From positions 62,001-126,000 of the forward strand of contig NIVC01002036.1 of assembly GCA_002269645.1 (NCBI GenBank): a stretch of DNA of 64,000 nt. Reading direction: 5' to 3'. Shown here one piece after another: positions 1-11,427 of the stretch; the stretch's first letter is position 1; each line of letters begins with the position of its first letter. The stretch comes from Macrostomum lignano. Its lineage: Eukaryota. The notes below the pieces were generated by a model. It saw nothing but the letters and a program-made list of their open reading frames with translations. It made no database searches and was not told the origin of the DNA. Position numbers and translations under genes: made by a program.

Positions 1-20
1 CTGTTGAAATGATATTGCAG

Positions 21-3000
21 AGCCCCAGCTTCCTGTCATCGAAGGTGAGACCGGCTCCAACACAGCCACCACCAGCGCTGCTAACCCGAACTCAACTAAC
101 CCGAACTCAACTAACTTGACTAACAAGCAGAGTGAAGCGAGCTCTAACCACCAGATTAAAACTCAGCAGACAAAGGTGAATCATCTCTACCAGCAGCCTT
201 CCGGGATGCGTCACGATTCCAGTGCAATAAAGCTTGACAAGTCAGCGAAGCAAACAGCACAGCAGCAGAAGCAGCAACTGCAGAGTCGGTCGCTGCCAAA
301 CTTTGGCTTTGGCGAGTTGCACCGGCTTGGAGCTCGGAGACTCGACAAGACGGCGGTGTCGCTGACGCCGGAAATTCGGTCAGTGCGGAAATCGCAGGAC
401 GTCGGTCTGCGTCCCAGCAGAAGCGTCGCGTCGTTTCTAAAAGCATCGGATGCAGCCAGCAAGAGCGGCAGTGAGCACCCTGTTCGCCTCACATTTGGCA
501 CCGCCAGTTTCGGTTCTGATGGCTACAGCTATGCTAGAAAAGCAGCCGAGTCGGCCACTGCTGACTTGACAGGCCTTGTGGAAAAGTGGGAAGACTGGGA
601 GTTCCAGCAATCTCAGCTGCAGGCTACGAAGATCGGTATGCCCCGGAATCAGATGGCTTGGATTTCAACAACTCGGTACAGTTAGGCCTCACTTCATTTA
701 CTGCTTCAACTTTTCCCGTCTTTATAAAGTGATCGCTCCCACAAAGCCGAAGAAATATGGAAACAGAGAGGCTACAGGTGATCCATCTTGGCTAATGCTG
801 ACTCAGTGGTTTCAGCACGGCAGAGAAATTTCCTTCCAACAGCAACTAAAGCATTACCTGAGAAGGCATTCATTTCTACCCTTTAGTAGAAAACTACCTC
901 TTTTCGTCTCAAGATCTTTCGTTATAGCTCATGCGTGCACTACTTAAAGTAATACATATAGTGAATCACACTTTTAGTCTAATCTCATTACCTAAAACAT
1001 ATCGCATTTTTCAGTCTCAGCTAACCGTCAGATACAGTAAAAAAGTAACTCATCAAGTTTTATTTGACATTCTTGCACCACGAGTATTTATCACTAAGGA
1101 AGTTATCTAACATTAAGCCTTATCCTCACTACTCAGAGACTCAAGAGGAACCTGCGCAGCCTCCGGAGGCGCCGGTCGTCAAGCCTCAGCAGACGCGGCG
1201 CCGAATTCACCCGACGATGCCGACGCCGCCGCCCCCGGTGACCGCCGACGAGGTGCCGCCTGTGCGGACGCAGCGGACGCCGAGACAGAAGCGCGAGAAG
1301 CCGCCGCGAGAGGCCGCCTTGAAGCTTTGGAAGCCGCAGGCGGAGTCCTCCGAGGAGCTCGACGAGGAGCCGCCGCCGCCGCCCACTCCGCCGCCGCCGA
1401 CGCCACCGCCGCCAGCGAAGTCGCCGACGCCCACGCCGCCACCGCTGCCACCGCCGCCGCCACCCCCACCGGCAGCAGCTCCGCCGCCTCCGAGGCTTTT
1501 AAAGGTTCGGACGATCGCGCGTTAGCTGAAAGCTTGCACTTGAGTTTTCTGATGCTTTAGAAAATTGTAATTGAGTACACCTGCTCTGAGGGGCAAATGT
1601 GCAACCGACAGCTCAGCCTGCGCTGCAGGCTGCGCACGGCTGTTCAGTCCAAAGACTGGAGGGGGTCACCACACACACCCTCAATTACCCCAGCTAATGC
1701 TGGCACCCATTTTACAGCTGGGTGAACTGAAGCAATGCAGAGTTAAGTGTCTTACTTAAGGACACATATTGTTCCGAGTAGGTCGAGAATCGAACCCCCG
1801 ACCTTTCAGTCGTGAGTCCGACGCTCTAGCCACTAGGCTGCAACCCTTTCTGATAAAAACACGCTCGTACTGCTTGCTATTTTATTTTTATCTTTAACTT
1901 CATCAAAGTGAAGCTGAGGCAACGTTTCAATGGATTCTGTTTTTTATGCATCCATTGGATTTTCTGAAAGCAAATTCCCTTTAAAAGCAAGTTTTACTCC
2001 GAAGCAGACCCGACTAAAGGTCTAATTTACTGCATTGCACAGTGTAGAGTTTCCATGTCCTGGAGAGACAAACTGCAGTAATGTTTACACACCAGCTGCA
2101 TCCTTATTGCCCATCGCCCATCTCTTCAACCATCCACAGTCGGAGACGAAAAGCTTCGTTGGCGGTTCCCCAATCGCGCTGGATCTACCGCGGAGTCCCG
2201 AGACCGCCGTCTCCATGCAGAGACAGAAGCCGAAGAGAAGGCCAAGGTTGGTGGTCCTTGTAGTTCTGTAGTGAGCCATTTTAAACTGTTTACAAGATCG
2301 GTTGAACAGGACTTCTGTTCAGGCCTGAGAAGAGTAGAACTATGATAAATGCCTACAATTTTTATCAAAAAGTGCACTGAGAATTCACTATATGTTTTGG
2401 ATACCCAAAAGCTATCCTGAGTAGATGACAGATGTTCTGCCATGCAAAACAGCTCAAAATCAGCCAGAACGATGACACAATAGGCTGTTCTGACAAGTGA
2501 GGCCCGTGCTGAGATGTACATGTAGCACTCCATGCATGGAGAGTCCCATGGGGCTGAGTCAGTGAGAGGTTTCTAAGAAAAAAGCCTGTGTAGCAAAGTC
2601 ACTCCCACCAGCGCTGAAAACTCTGGATTACACTTTTTGGGAAAGAAATTTTCATAAAACTTATGCACAGGCGAAAGCTTCCTTTGTCCTGCCAGAAAAT
2701 GCACTTTTTCCAAATCAATCATCTGTTATGCGGAGTTCTTTGCTTCTCTTGCTGCACCGCGAAGGGAAAAAAAGCCGCGCCCTTCTGCATTGATCGACTG
2801 GGAAGGCTCTCAGGTCTGCTTGCGCGAGGCCCAGTAAAACAGAAGAAGAGATGGACGCCCAGGGAGAAAGATGGCAGAGTTGGAGACAAGAAGTGCCTCT
2901 GAATGAGGCTGCCCAAACTCACCTCCACTTCCCAGTTAATTGGTTCAGTGGAATAGTGAAAAAGACGACTTTTGTACTAGAAAATTCTGCAACACTGGCT

Positions 3001-6000
3001 CTGGGCGCTTTTACTCACTTTGCTTCACCGTGTTCTGGCAGCATGTCCTCATTGAAGTCGAAATGGCGCACTGGCGCAATGATTTCCAGGATGCAGACGT
3101 CGCCGAAGAAGGCACCGACCGTGGCGTCGCCGCCTCAGCCAGCAGAGGAGCCAGCGGTCAGCCGGCCCAAGGACAGCCTGGACTACCTGGCCAAGTACTG
3201 CATCGTGCACGCGCACAGAATCCCAGCCTACGAGTCCGCCTTCAAGCGAGCCGCGGTCAAGCAGCGATTCCGCTACGACCCCTACCGGGAGATTGTTCGA
3301 GAGGCCGCCGAAGCTGCCGGTGGTGCCAGCGGCGGGATGATGTTCCGAGCGACTACTGAGCAGACCGCCGATGCAGCGCCGGATGGCGAGGCGGCGGAGG
3401 GCGGCGGCGAGCGCGAACTTTCCTCGCTAATAGCGGAGGATCGCGACGGCGACAGAGCAAAGTCGGCGAGTCGACTGTCTACTGAAGAAATTTACCGGCT
3501 GCAGCAGCGGCGGCAGGTGGGCACGATCCCGTCCGGCGACCGGCTCTTCGAAGCCATGAGGCAAAGACTGGAAGCCTCTCTGCCGCCAACTGTGCCGGTG
3601 AGAACTATGCTCAAATTCCTGTTTGCACTGAGCAAGGCGGGGATTGTAGCCTAGTGGTTGGAGAGTCAGACTCGCGACTGAAAGGTCGGGGGTTCGATTC
3701 TCGGTCTACTCGAAACAATTTGTGTCCTTGTGCAAGACACTCAACTCTGCTTACTTCAGTTGACCCAGCTGTAAAATGGGTGCCAGCATTAGCTGGGGTA
3801 ATTAAGGGTGTATGGCGTCCCAGTCCTTGGACTGAACAGCCGTACGCAGCCTTCAGGTGCGCCATTAGGGCAGGTGAAATCAATTAATCTTGTTAAAATT
3901 GAAATCAAATCAACCTTATTTCTTACTTCAAGGGTGCCAACTCGGCTGACTGCGAGCTGGCAAAGTTGAAGTTCGTTTTAGACTCGCTGAGTGAACGTCT
4001 GGCCAAGGTTAACGAAGAAATGGGACAGATCAGTGGTGAGAAACTCGCATAAATATGATATGAACTAATCCTGCGGTCGAACGGTTCAAACATTTTTGCG
4101 AGATTTTGCTATCCCCCCCCCAACAGACACGCAGACTCACCTGCTGGCCGGCATGGCCAGAGACAGGTACTGGGACAGCCTGCCGCTGCCAGACGACCAA
4201 GCGGTGCCGTCGAAGCCGCAGAGCAGCGTCGACGCTCAGCCGAAGCTGAACAAACGACGCCAGCAGAGGAAGCCGGGCGTCAAGATCGACCGCGATGAGG
4301 CGCTGCGCATCAAGAGGCTGATGGCCAGTCTGCCCGATGAGACAGTGGTGCAAATGCTCACTTCGAAGCAGCTTAGCGAGGTAAGTTTTTAGTGCATTGT
4401 CGCGAAGAGCTGGGTCAAAAACTTTAGCAACCGAGCCAGGTACGCATTATTAAGCGCGCATGAGTCTAGCACAAGCGCGCAGTCTAGCTACATGAGTCCG
4501 GGCACAAGCGCGCAGTCTAGCTACATGAGTCCGGCACAAGCGCGCAGTCTAGCTACATGAGTCCGGGCACAAGCGCGCAGTCTAGCTACATGAGTCCGGC
4601 ACAAGCGCGCAGTCTAGCTACATGAGTCCGGGCACAAGCGCGCAGTCTAGCTACATGAGTCCGGGCACAAGCGCGCAGTCTAGCTACATGAGTCCGGGCA
4701 CAAGCGCGCAGTCTAGCTAAATGAGTCCGGGCACAAGCGCGCAGTCTAGCTACATGAGTCCGGGCACAAGCGCGCAGTCTAGCTACATGAGTCCGGGCAC
4801 AAGCGCGCAGTCTAGCTACATGAGTCCGGGCACAAGCGCGCAGCTGCATGCTGCAGCTTGAAATTAGAATAATAGAACACAAAAGGCTTGTTCAGCTCTC
4901 CCATCAAGTCAGTGCAGGTTCTCATTTGACAGTTGGAGCCTCCTCACTATAGGGTGCATCGAGTTTGACACTTTCTGGCCGGCAAGGGTATGCCGAAGTC
5001 CGAGTCTACTGGATTCACTTCTGCCAGGCTGTCGTCCGCAAGTTGAAGAAACATGGTCTCCGTTGTTGCCCGAAGTGCCGGTCGGCCTGTCAGGAGAAGT
5101 GCAGCCTGCTCTTTCTCGCGTTCATCAGTACATCGGCACCTTCTGGCTGCAGCTTTCAGTGCACTTCTGTCGTAAAAATTGCCTCCCAGCTAAATTTATA
5201 CAGCTTGAATAAAGCACGCAGGAGTGATAATAAGAGCTGCAATTTCGCTTTCGCCCGTAGTGCTTTACCAAAATCAAAGTCAAAGAAACTTTTGCGAACC
5301 CCGCCAACCCGCAGCTGAAGTCCAGCAAGCCGATCCGCCAGCTGGACTCGCGGCTTCGTCATTGCCAGCATCGAGCCGAGCAGCTGACTGGCCGAATCGC
5401 CGAGACCAAGGAGGAGATTCGCCGGCTGACGCTGTTCGGCAACACGGTCTTCGTCGAGGAGCAGCTGGAGCCCAGCCGCAGGCAGGCCGCCGGGGGTGCC
5501 GACTTTCTTCGAGAGCAGTCGCTTCTCTACCAGAAGCTGCACCCGGCTATCGATCTGGAGCTCAACATCGACCTGGTGGAGGAGGCCCTCCAGGACATCA
5601 ACGGGCATCTCATCACCAAGAAGGAGATGCAGTACGTCTATCACATTCTCAACCTGCCAGCCAGGACGCGAGTCAACTTTCGACTGTTCAGCGTGATAGC
5701 GGCGCTCAGCGAGAAAGTCGTTCAGCTTGAGTGAGTTTTGAGCTATGAATTATGAAGATGGCCAGATGCAGTGAGTGAAAAAATGTTACGCATTTCCATT
5801 TCAGTGTGTAATCTTACCTAGACTTGGGTTGGAGCAAAGTAGCTACGCTTGCAGGAGGCTAAAGTCGCCAAATGGGATGTCAAGGCACTTGGGGGGGCTG
5901 CTGAGATGTCAAGGCTCATGGGGGGAGCTGCTGAGATGTCAAGGCTCATGGGGGGAGCTGCTGAGATGTCAAGGCTCATGGGGGGAGCTGCTGAGATGTC

Positions 6001-7142
6001 AAGGCTCATGGGGGGAGCTGCTGAGATGTCAAGGCTCATGGGGAGAGCTGCAGAGATGTCAAGGCTCATGGGGGGGGGGAGCTGCTGAGACGTCAAGGCT
6101 CATGGGGTAGTTGCTGAGATGTCAAGGCTCATGGGGGGAGTTGCTAAGATATCAAAGCTCTTGGGGGAGTTGCTCAGATGTCAAGGCTCTTGGGGGGGGG
6201 GGGGTTGCTGAGATGCTAAGGGTCAAAACCTACATGTAGTTTATTAAAAAATTCTTATTACTTTCTTTGCTGCCAGCCCGCATATCAGCCACCCATTATT
6301 CCATCTATCCATTCAGACCCATAATCCGCAAGATGGTGAACAAAATGAACTTTGACGCGTTAGACTACAAGCTGGAGAAGTGCAAGGAGATGTTCTTCCT
6401 GCTGGACGACCTTGATGACAAAGCGCCTACCGGATCGATCACGGTTGACAGCTTGGCCATCGAACTGCTGGCCGGAAATCTCAAGGATGAGAATGTTGGA
6501 TCGGTGAGAAACTTTCTGGCTGCATATCTAGCGTAGCAGGTCGGGCCACCCTGTCAAACTGTCGGTGTTGGACCGAGTTCCACCTGTCACTCACAGTTCA
6601 GTCTGTCACCTGTCACTCACAGTTCAGCCTGTCACCTGTCACTCACAGTTCAGTCTGTCACCTGTCACTCACAGTTCAGTCTGTCACCTGTCACTCACAG
6701 TTCAGTCTGTCACCTGTCAGTCACAGTTCAGTCTGTCACCTGTCACTCACAGTTCAGTCTGTCACCTGTCACTCACAGTTCAGTCTGTCACCTGTCAGTC
6801 ACAGTTCAGTCTGTCACCTGTCACTCACAGTTCAGTCTGTCACCTGTCACTCACAGTTCAGTCTGTCACCTGTCACTCACAGTTCAGTCTGTCACCTGTC
6901 ACTCACAGTTCAGTCTGTCACCTGTCAGTCACAGTTCAGTCTGTCACCTGTCACTCACAGTTCCCAATAGAAATACTGACAGTGCTTTTATCTCCGAAAC
7001 GCTCAACCAGGTGATCAAGAAGTTCAATCGAGAGAAGCGAGGCTACATTGACTTCCTGGACTACTTAACCTACGTGCCGCTGTTCCTGGAAATTCACGAG
7101 AGAATCGTGGCGGATCCGCTCAAGACTGAGGCGGCTTGGTGA
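21..7142 (+). CDS. Uncharacterised multi-exon protein with Pro-rich linker and C-terminal EF-hand-like domain (5' end upstream of window)
   Basis: Phase-consistent GT-AG model: 21-635, 1137-1504, 2140-2246, 3042-3516, 3933-4035, 4127-4380, 5315-5730, 6317-6503, 7011-7142(TGA). C-terminus has EF-hand-like helices/loops (DLDDKAPTGSITVDSL; FNREKRGYIDFLDYLTYVPLFLEIH). The first three exons are less certain than the last six. Confidence 0.8.
1575..1846 (-). mobile_element. tRNA-derived SINE, copy 1
   Basis: Reverse complement starts GGGTTGCAGCCTAGTGGCTAGAG (A-box) ... GGTTCGATTCTC (B-box); body homologous to 3639-3876. Confidence 0.85.
3639..3876 (+). mobile_element. tRNA-derived SINE, copy 2
   Basis: GGGGATTGTAGCCTAGTGGTTGGAG...GGTTCGATTCTC head, then core GTGTCCTTGTGCAAGACACTCAAC...GACCCAGCTGTAAAATGGGTGCC; clearly alignable to copy 1. 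Confidence 0.85.
4455..4845. repeat. 33-bp minisatellite (intronic)
   Basis: GTCCGGGCACAAGCGCGCAGTCTAGCTACATGA in tandem, about 11 copies. Confidence 0.95.
5871..6215. repeat. 30-bp minisatellite (intronic)
   Basis: GGGGGAGCTGCTGAGATGTCAAGGCTCATG in tandem. Confidence 0.95.
6580..6962. repeat. 26-bp minisatellite (intronic)
   Basis: TCACAGTTCAGTCTGTCACCTGTCAC in tandem. Confidence 0.95.
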
Positions 7143-7692
7143 AAAGAACTTACAATTTTTTTTCAAAACCGACATCTAAAAGGAGAGCAGAAACTAATTT
7201 ATAACTTTTGCACCGCACTTCCAATTATTTTTTTCTGATTTGCACTTTCCCTTTGTCTCTTTCACTCGAATATTTCCTCTGAATTGACGAAGCAATCTAC
7301 AGATTTTGCCCTGCGGATGATCAATAAAGATGTGTTTTTGTCGGAGTTGGATGCGTTAGCGCAGAGATTCTGTCTGTTCCGTGATATTGTCACTGTCACT
7401 ACAAAGTACGAGTTTACATGAAATTGTTTGTTAACTGTAAGCTATAGACGTAAAATTTTATAGAAATTTAATGTATTTAGCAAGAAAGATAAGTGGGATG
7501 AGTGCAGAGCCACTAAGATATCTTGATACTGTGCACTAAACAAGACCCAAAATTACGTATGGTGTCTCTGCAAACATGCAGAGTAACAATAGAGTTTTAA
7601 AAGATAGAAATACGAGCGCGAGTGAGCAGTTATAACAAGAAGCTCAGTAGTAACGAAATGGCCTACCGTGCGAATTTTTCTACTTTCTCTAT

Positions 7693-7770
7693 CAGGGGTC
7701 AGCAAACTCCGGCTCGCAAAATCTCTATCCGGCCCTCGGGTCTTTGAAACATCATATTAGCAATCCGGCC
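7693..7770 (+). mobile_element. Possible hAT (Charlie-like) left-end fragment
   Basis: CAGGGGTCAGCAAACT resembles hAT CAGGGGT...CAAAC termini; no matching right end seen. Confidence 0.35.
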
Positions 7771-7789
7771 TGCTTAAGGTTTGTGCCTC

Positions 7790-8380
7790 TTCTATGCTCT
7801 CTTCTCTATAGTCTCCTCTCCTCTCCTCTCCTCTCCTCTCTTCTCTATAGTCTCCTCTCCTCTCCTCTCCTCTCCTCTCCTCTCTTCTCTATAGTCTCCT
7901 CTCCTCTCCTCTCCTCTCCTCTCCTCTCCTCTCCTCTCCTCTCCTCTCCTCTCCTCTCTTCTCTATAGTCTCCTCTCCTCTCTATAGTCTCCTCTCCTCT
8001 CCTCTCCTCTCCTCTCCTCTCTTCTCCTCTCCTCTCCTCTCCTCTCCTCTCCTTTCCTCTCCTCTCCCTTTTCTCCTCTCCTCTCCCTTCTCTCCTTTCC
8101 TCTCCCTCTCTCTCCTTTTCTCTCCCTTCTCTCCTCTCCTCTCCTTTCTCTCCTCTCCTATCCCTTCTCTCCTTTCCTCTCCCTTCTCTCTTTTCCTCTC
8201 CCTTCTCTCCTCTCCTCTCCCTTCTCTCCTTTCCTCTCCCTTCTCTCCTTTCCTCTCCCTTCTCTCCTCTCCTCTCCCTTCTTTAGATCTCCTCTCCTTA
8301 CCCTTCTCTCCTCTCCTTTCCCTTCTCTCCTCTCCTCTCCCTTCTCTCCTCTCCCTTCTATCCTCTCCTCTCCCCTCTTC
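7790..8380. repeat. (CTCCT)n / CT-rich low-complexity tract
   Basis: Visible pentamer repeat degenerating to a polypyrimidine tract between convergent genes. Confidence 0.95.
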
Positions 8381-8505
8381 TCATTGTGCAGTAAGTTTTT
8401 TTGCGTCATCAATGCTGCCATCGAATATTGTGTGTGCAGTGGGCAAGGTAATCATGGCGTTGGTTACGAGTATGATCTGCAGCTGTGTTGTTGCAGTGCC
8501 ATTCT

Positions 8506-10386
8506 TCACGCGGCATTCATCGCCTTATCAGTTTCAACGCGGCATTTTGTGAACGCGATCGGTCGATAGTCAGCAATGCAGCAGCCATGGGGCGATCCGA
8601 ATTCCACTTCACCAAGTCTGGGCACGGACCGGCGCATGGTGACCCGGCTGTCATTGCTCGACTGTTTGCTTCGACGAAGTCGATCCGACAGTCGCCTGTT
8701 TAGAAAAATGGTTTGCTGCGCGAAAAATGAGCTTAAAATTTTTCGACGAAGCTCGAAGTGCTCGTGCAGCAGGCTGATCTGCTGGGTGAGCAGGGCGACG
8801 CCAAAGTTCAGGATGAAAATGCCAACAAAGAGGAACACGAGGATCTGCGGCCACAGGGTGACGTAATCGCTGATGCCGGGAAATCCGGCCAGACTGAACG
8901 CGTACCGCAGTGACCGGCCGATATATTCCACCGCGCACGTCCAGGAGTAGACGGAGCACTCGATGTACGGCTGGCTGAGCAGCATCGTGGCGCAGATCAG
9001 AGCCAAGGGCAGCACAACTAGAAATGTTAGATTCATTGCCGCGTTCATGCAGAGCAGAACGTTTAGAAACAGTTGATAAAACGTTGCCATGTCCATGATG
9101 AAGAACAGCTGCAGGGTAAACATGTAGACGTAATTTAGCATGACCACCGCCTGAAGCCGGGACCCCTCGACAAACAGCTGCCCATCGACCTCATAGTAGC
9201 TTCTTGAATCGCTGAAGAAGTTGTGCTCCTGCATTATGATGAAGGCCTGCGTCAGCATGAAAAGAAACATGAACGAATCAAAAACACCGCCGCCTCTCAA
9301 AGAAACTGCGCTCTTAAGACATTGCAGCACACCCAGGCGCTTTCGTACCAGCAGTGGCTGGCTGAGAAGTTCAAAGATTCTGGCAACCAGCCACCACAGC
9401 CAGCCTGCAACACTAAAGACCTGCAGGCCGATTCTAACGTAGAAAACATACCTGAATGCAGCAACAAGATTTGGCGACAATAACTGAATGTAAGATTGGT
9501 TAGAATTTGCACTGTCCGGGATGAGCACTTGGACCTGGGAGTCAAAAGTATCCTTTGTGAATATCCGCACAGTCAGTGTGGACAGTAGGATGGCATACAT
9601 GAGCAGGTACCAAAACAGTGCGATAAGGGACTCCCAGAGGCTAAAACCAAAGTCACCGATACTTTTAAAGAAGGCCTGGGTCACCGAGCTGTTGAAAAAG
9701 CAGATATACTTTGCAGGAATTTCTTCGGCCACGTAAATTTGAGAATATCTCAGATACTGCATGAACGGAGACTTTAGGAAGCGATCTCCACCAGAGCTGG
9801 AGTAGCGGCTGAGGTCGACCTCCTCGACCAGCAGGCTCGGGTCGGTCGGGTGCTCCCGCTCTCTGATCAGGTATCCGGGCGCATTGGCGAACGCTGTCGC
9901 CAGGTGGAAGCAGTCCCTGGCCGCCGCGTACTCCAGCGGTGTCAGGCAGTCGGCCGTCAGCTCCTCGCTCAGCAGCCGAGCGCACGCGTCCGGATGCCGG
10001 CGCGACAGTCTGGCGAAGAGCCGAGCGAGCTGCGCCTCGTCAGTCGGGCTGGCCAGGCTGGAGCAGCAAAAGTCCACCAGGAGGAACAGGGCGCAGCGGG
10101 CGCGGTCCCACAGACCGAGGCTGTCGACCAGCTCGACTGCTCGGCTGGCCAGCTCGTCGTCCCGAGCGAGCAGCACGAGGCAGAACGGCGACAGCTTGGG
10201 CTGCCGATCTGCCTCCGAGCTGTTGTCGGCGACGCCGTCGCAGAATCGGCAGTCGCTGTGCCGCAGCAGCTCCGGACGCTGCTGCAGTTCGTTGAAAAAT
10301 TTCCTATATTGTTTTGTGTACAAAATTTCCATGGCCTCTTTCACTTCTGAGGATGTGGCACTGCAGACATTCTTGATCGTTGTCAT
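8506..10386 (-). CDS. Divergent TRPV-like 6-TM ion channel, paralog A (intronless CDS, 626 aa from ATG 10386)
   Basis: Ankyrin-like TPLEYAAARDC motif followed by EVDLS (cf. TRPV TPLKLAA...YDLS), multiple hydrophobic segments, pore-helix-like SLRYAFSLAGFPG, S6-like FILNFGVALLTQQ (cf. TRPV LLLNMLIALMGET). Family assignment is by motif recognition only. Confidence 0.7.
   Translation of the reverse strand: MTTIKNVCSATSSEVKEAMEILYTKQYRKFFNELQQRPELLRHSDCRFCDGVADNSSEADRQPKLSPFCLVLLARDDELASRAVELVDSLGLWDRARCALFLLVDFCCSSLASPTDEAQLARLFARLSRRHPDACARLLSEELTADCLTPLEYAAARDCFHLATAFANAPGYLIREREHPTDPSLLVEEVDLSRYSSSGGDRFLKSPFMQYLRYSQIYVAEEIPAKYICFFNSSVTQAFFKSIGDFGFSLWESLIALFWYLLMYAILLSTLTVRIFTKDTFDSQVQVLIPDSANSNQSYIQLLSPNLVAAFRYVFYVRIGLQVFSVAGWLWWLVARIFELLSQPLLVRKRLGVLQCLKSAVSLRGGGVFDSFMFLFMLTQAFIIMQEHNFFSDSRSYYEVDGQLFVEGSRLQAVVMLNYVYMFTLQLFFIMDMATFYQLFLNVLLCMNAAMNLTFLVVLPLALICATMLLSQPYIECSVYSWTCAVEYIGRSLRYAFSLAGFPGISDYVTLWPQILVFLFVGIFILNFGVALLTQQISLLHEHFELRRKILSSFFAQQTIFLNRRLSDRLRRSKQSSNDSRVTMRRSVPRLGEVEFGSPHGCCIADYRPIAFTKCRVETDKAMNAA
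9800..10278 (-). repeat. Left arm of 479-bp inverted repeat (within channel A CDS)
   Basis: Reverse complement matches 11560-12038 at 476/479 nt by manual comparison. Confidence 0.97.
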
Positions 10387-10539
10387 GGCAGCTGGGGTTC
10401 TTCTCGGCAATCAGGCCGCTCGGGACTTTGCAAGAGGAGTTCCTGGGCTTCCACCTGCGCTCGCAGCTTTCAGTTTTGTACCCGCTGTGAGCTGAAATTA
10501 TGTAGAGTGCCGACTAGCTAATCTGCTGGCCTCATCTGT

Positions 10540-10553
10540 GTTGCCATGGGGAT
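10540..10553 (-). promoter_or_regulatory. X-box (RFX)-like motif upstream of channel A
   Basis: GTTGCCATGGGGAT (minus strand ATCCCCATGGCAAC); one perfect half-site. Confidence 0.4.
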
Positions 10554-11229
10554 GGAGCCAGATGCGATGCAGTTGAGCACTGTCAATGCTCTTAGCTTAA
10601 CTATTTGGATTGCTGATTTCTACATTAATTAGCTCAAAGCAGATAAAATCGTGACTGATAAATTCCCCAGTAATTTGCTTATTAATGGGACTGAGTCTGT
10701 TTACCAATCAAATACAGCCGCTGTCAGTTTATTGTAACGCGAGCATTTGGGTAACAGCAAAGTACCTGGTAATAAAGCAGAACCGATCGGAGGGGTAGAG
10801 TGTGCAACTAGGATGGAGGTTGAGTGGTGCTTACCGTGCATGTCAAATATTAGAATTTAGGGCCAGAATCAGGCAGTAAAGGCGTCCGACTCTCTCAGAG
10901 TGTGCGGACTCAGTGCTGAACACTGCTGGCCTCCTCGCTGGCTGCAGATCCGCCGTCGCTTCGATTTTGCGGCAGCGCCCAAAGACTCCATGCTAGGGGT
11001 GTTCGGGACGGGTTAACCCCGAGCCCGGTACCCCTACCCGAACCCCGAACCCCGACCCGGTTGAACAAGAATTACTTCTGACAAATGTATCGGTCCTGTT
11101 CCTTTGAGTAATTAGATTACGATATACAATACAATGGAAACAAAAGTCATTTGCCCGGCTGTCAATTTACCTGTCAATGGCAACATCAAAGTTGACAACA
11201 GCATAATTCAGCTAATAAAGTAGATCTGC

Positions 11230-11243
11230 ATCTCTATGGCAAC
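11230..11243 (+). promoter_or_regulatory. X-box (RFX)-like motif upstream of channel B
   Basis: ATCTCTATGGCAAC, about 185 bp before ATG 11428. Confidence 0.5.
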
Positions 11244-11427
11244 CAGAGTTAGTGAATGGCTAGGAATGAGCCATAATTAATGTTGGAGCTTCCGGTCGAT
11301 AACAATGCAGGCAATCTGATTGCATGGACGTCAATTAAATAATGAGTATCTTGAGCATTCGACAAAGCCTGCGCAGCAGAACTCAGCCCCAAAAACAGCA
11401 CCAAAGCCAAAGCAACTCGACATCAAA

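Noticed and set aside
4455-4845. Regular repeats as a possible CRISPR array (also 20210-20420, 37270-37515)
   Set aside because: Head-to-tail repeats without unique spacers; eukaryotic context; no cas genes.
9850-10495. Overlapping antisense ORFs shared by both channel genes (also 11463-12042)
   Set aside because: Shadow ORFs of GC-rich coding DNA; their identity only reflects the inverted repeat.
10994-11060. TAGGGGT...ACCCCTA mini inverted repeat in the channel spacer as a MITE or recombination site
   Set aside because: Only about 40 bp with no TSD; may be a hAT-end remnant, but too short to call.
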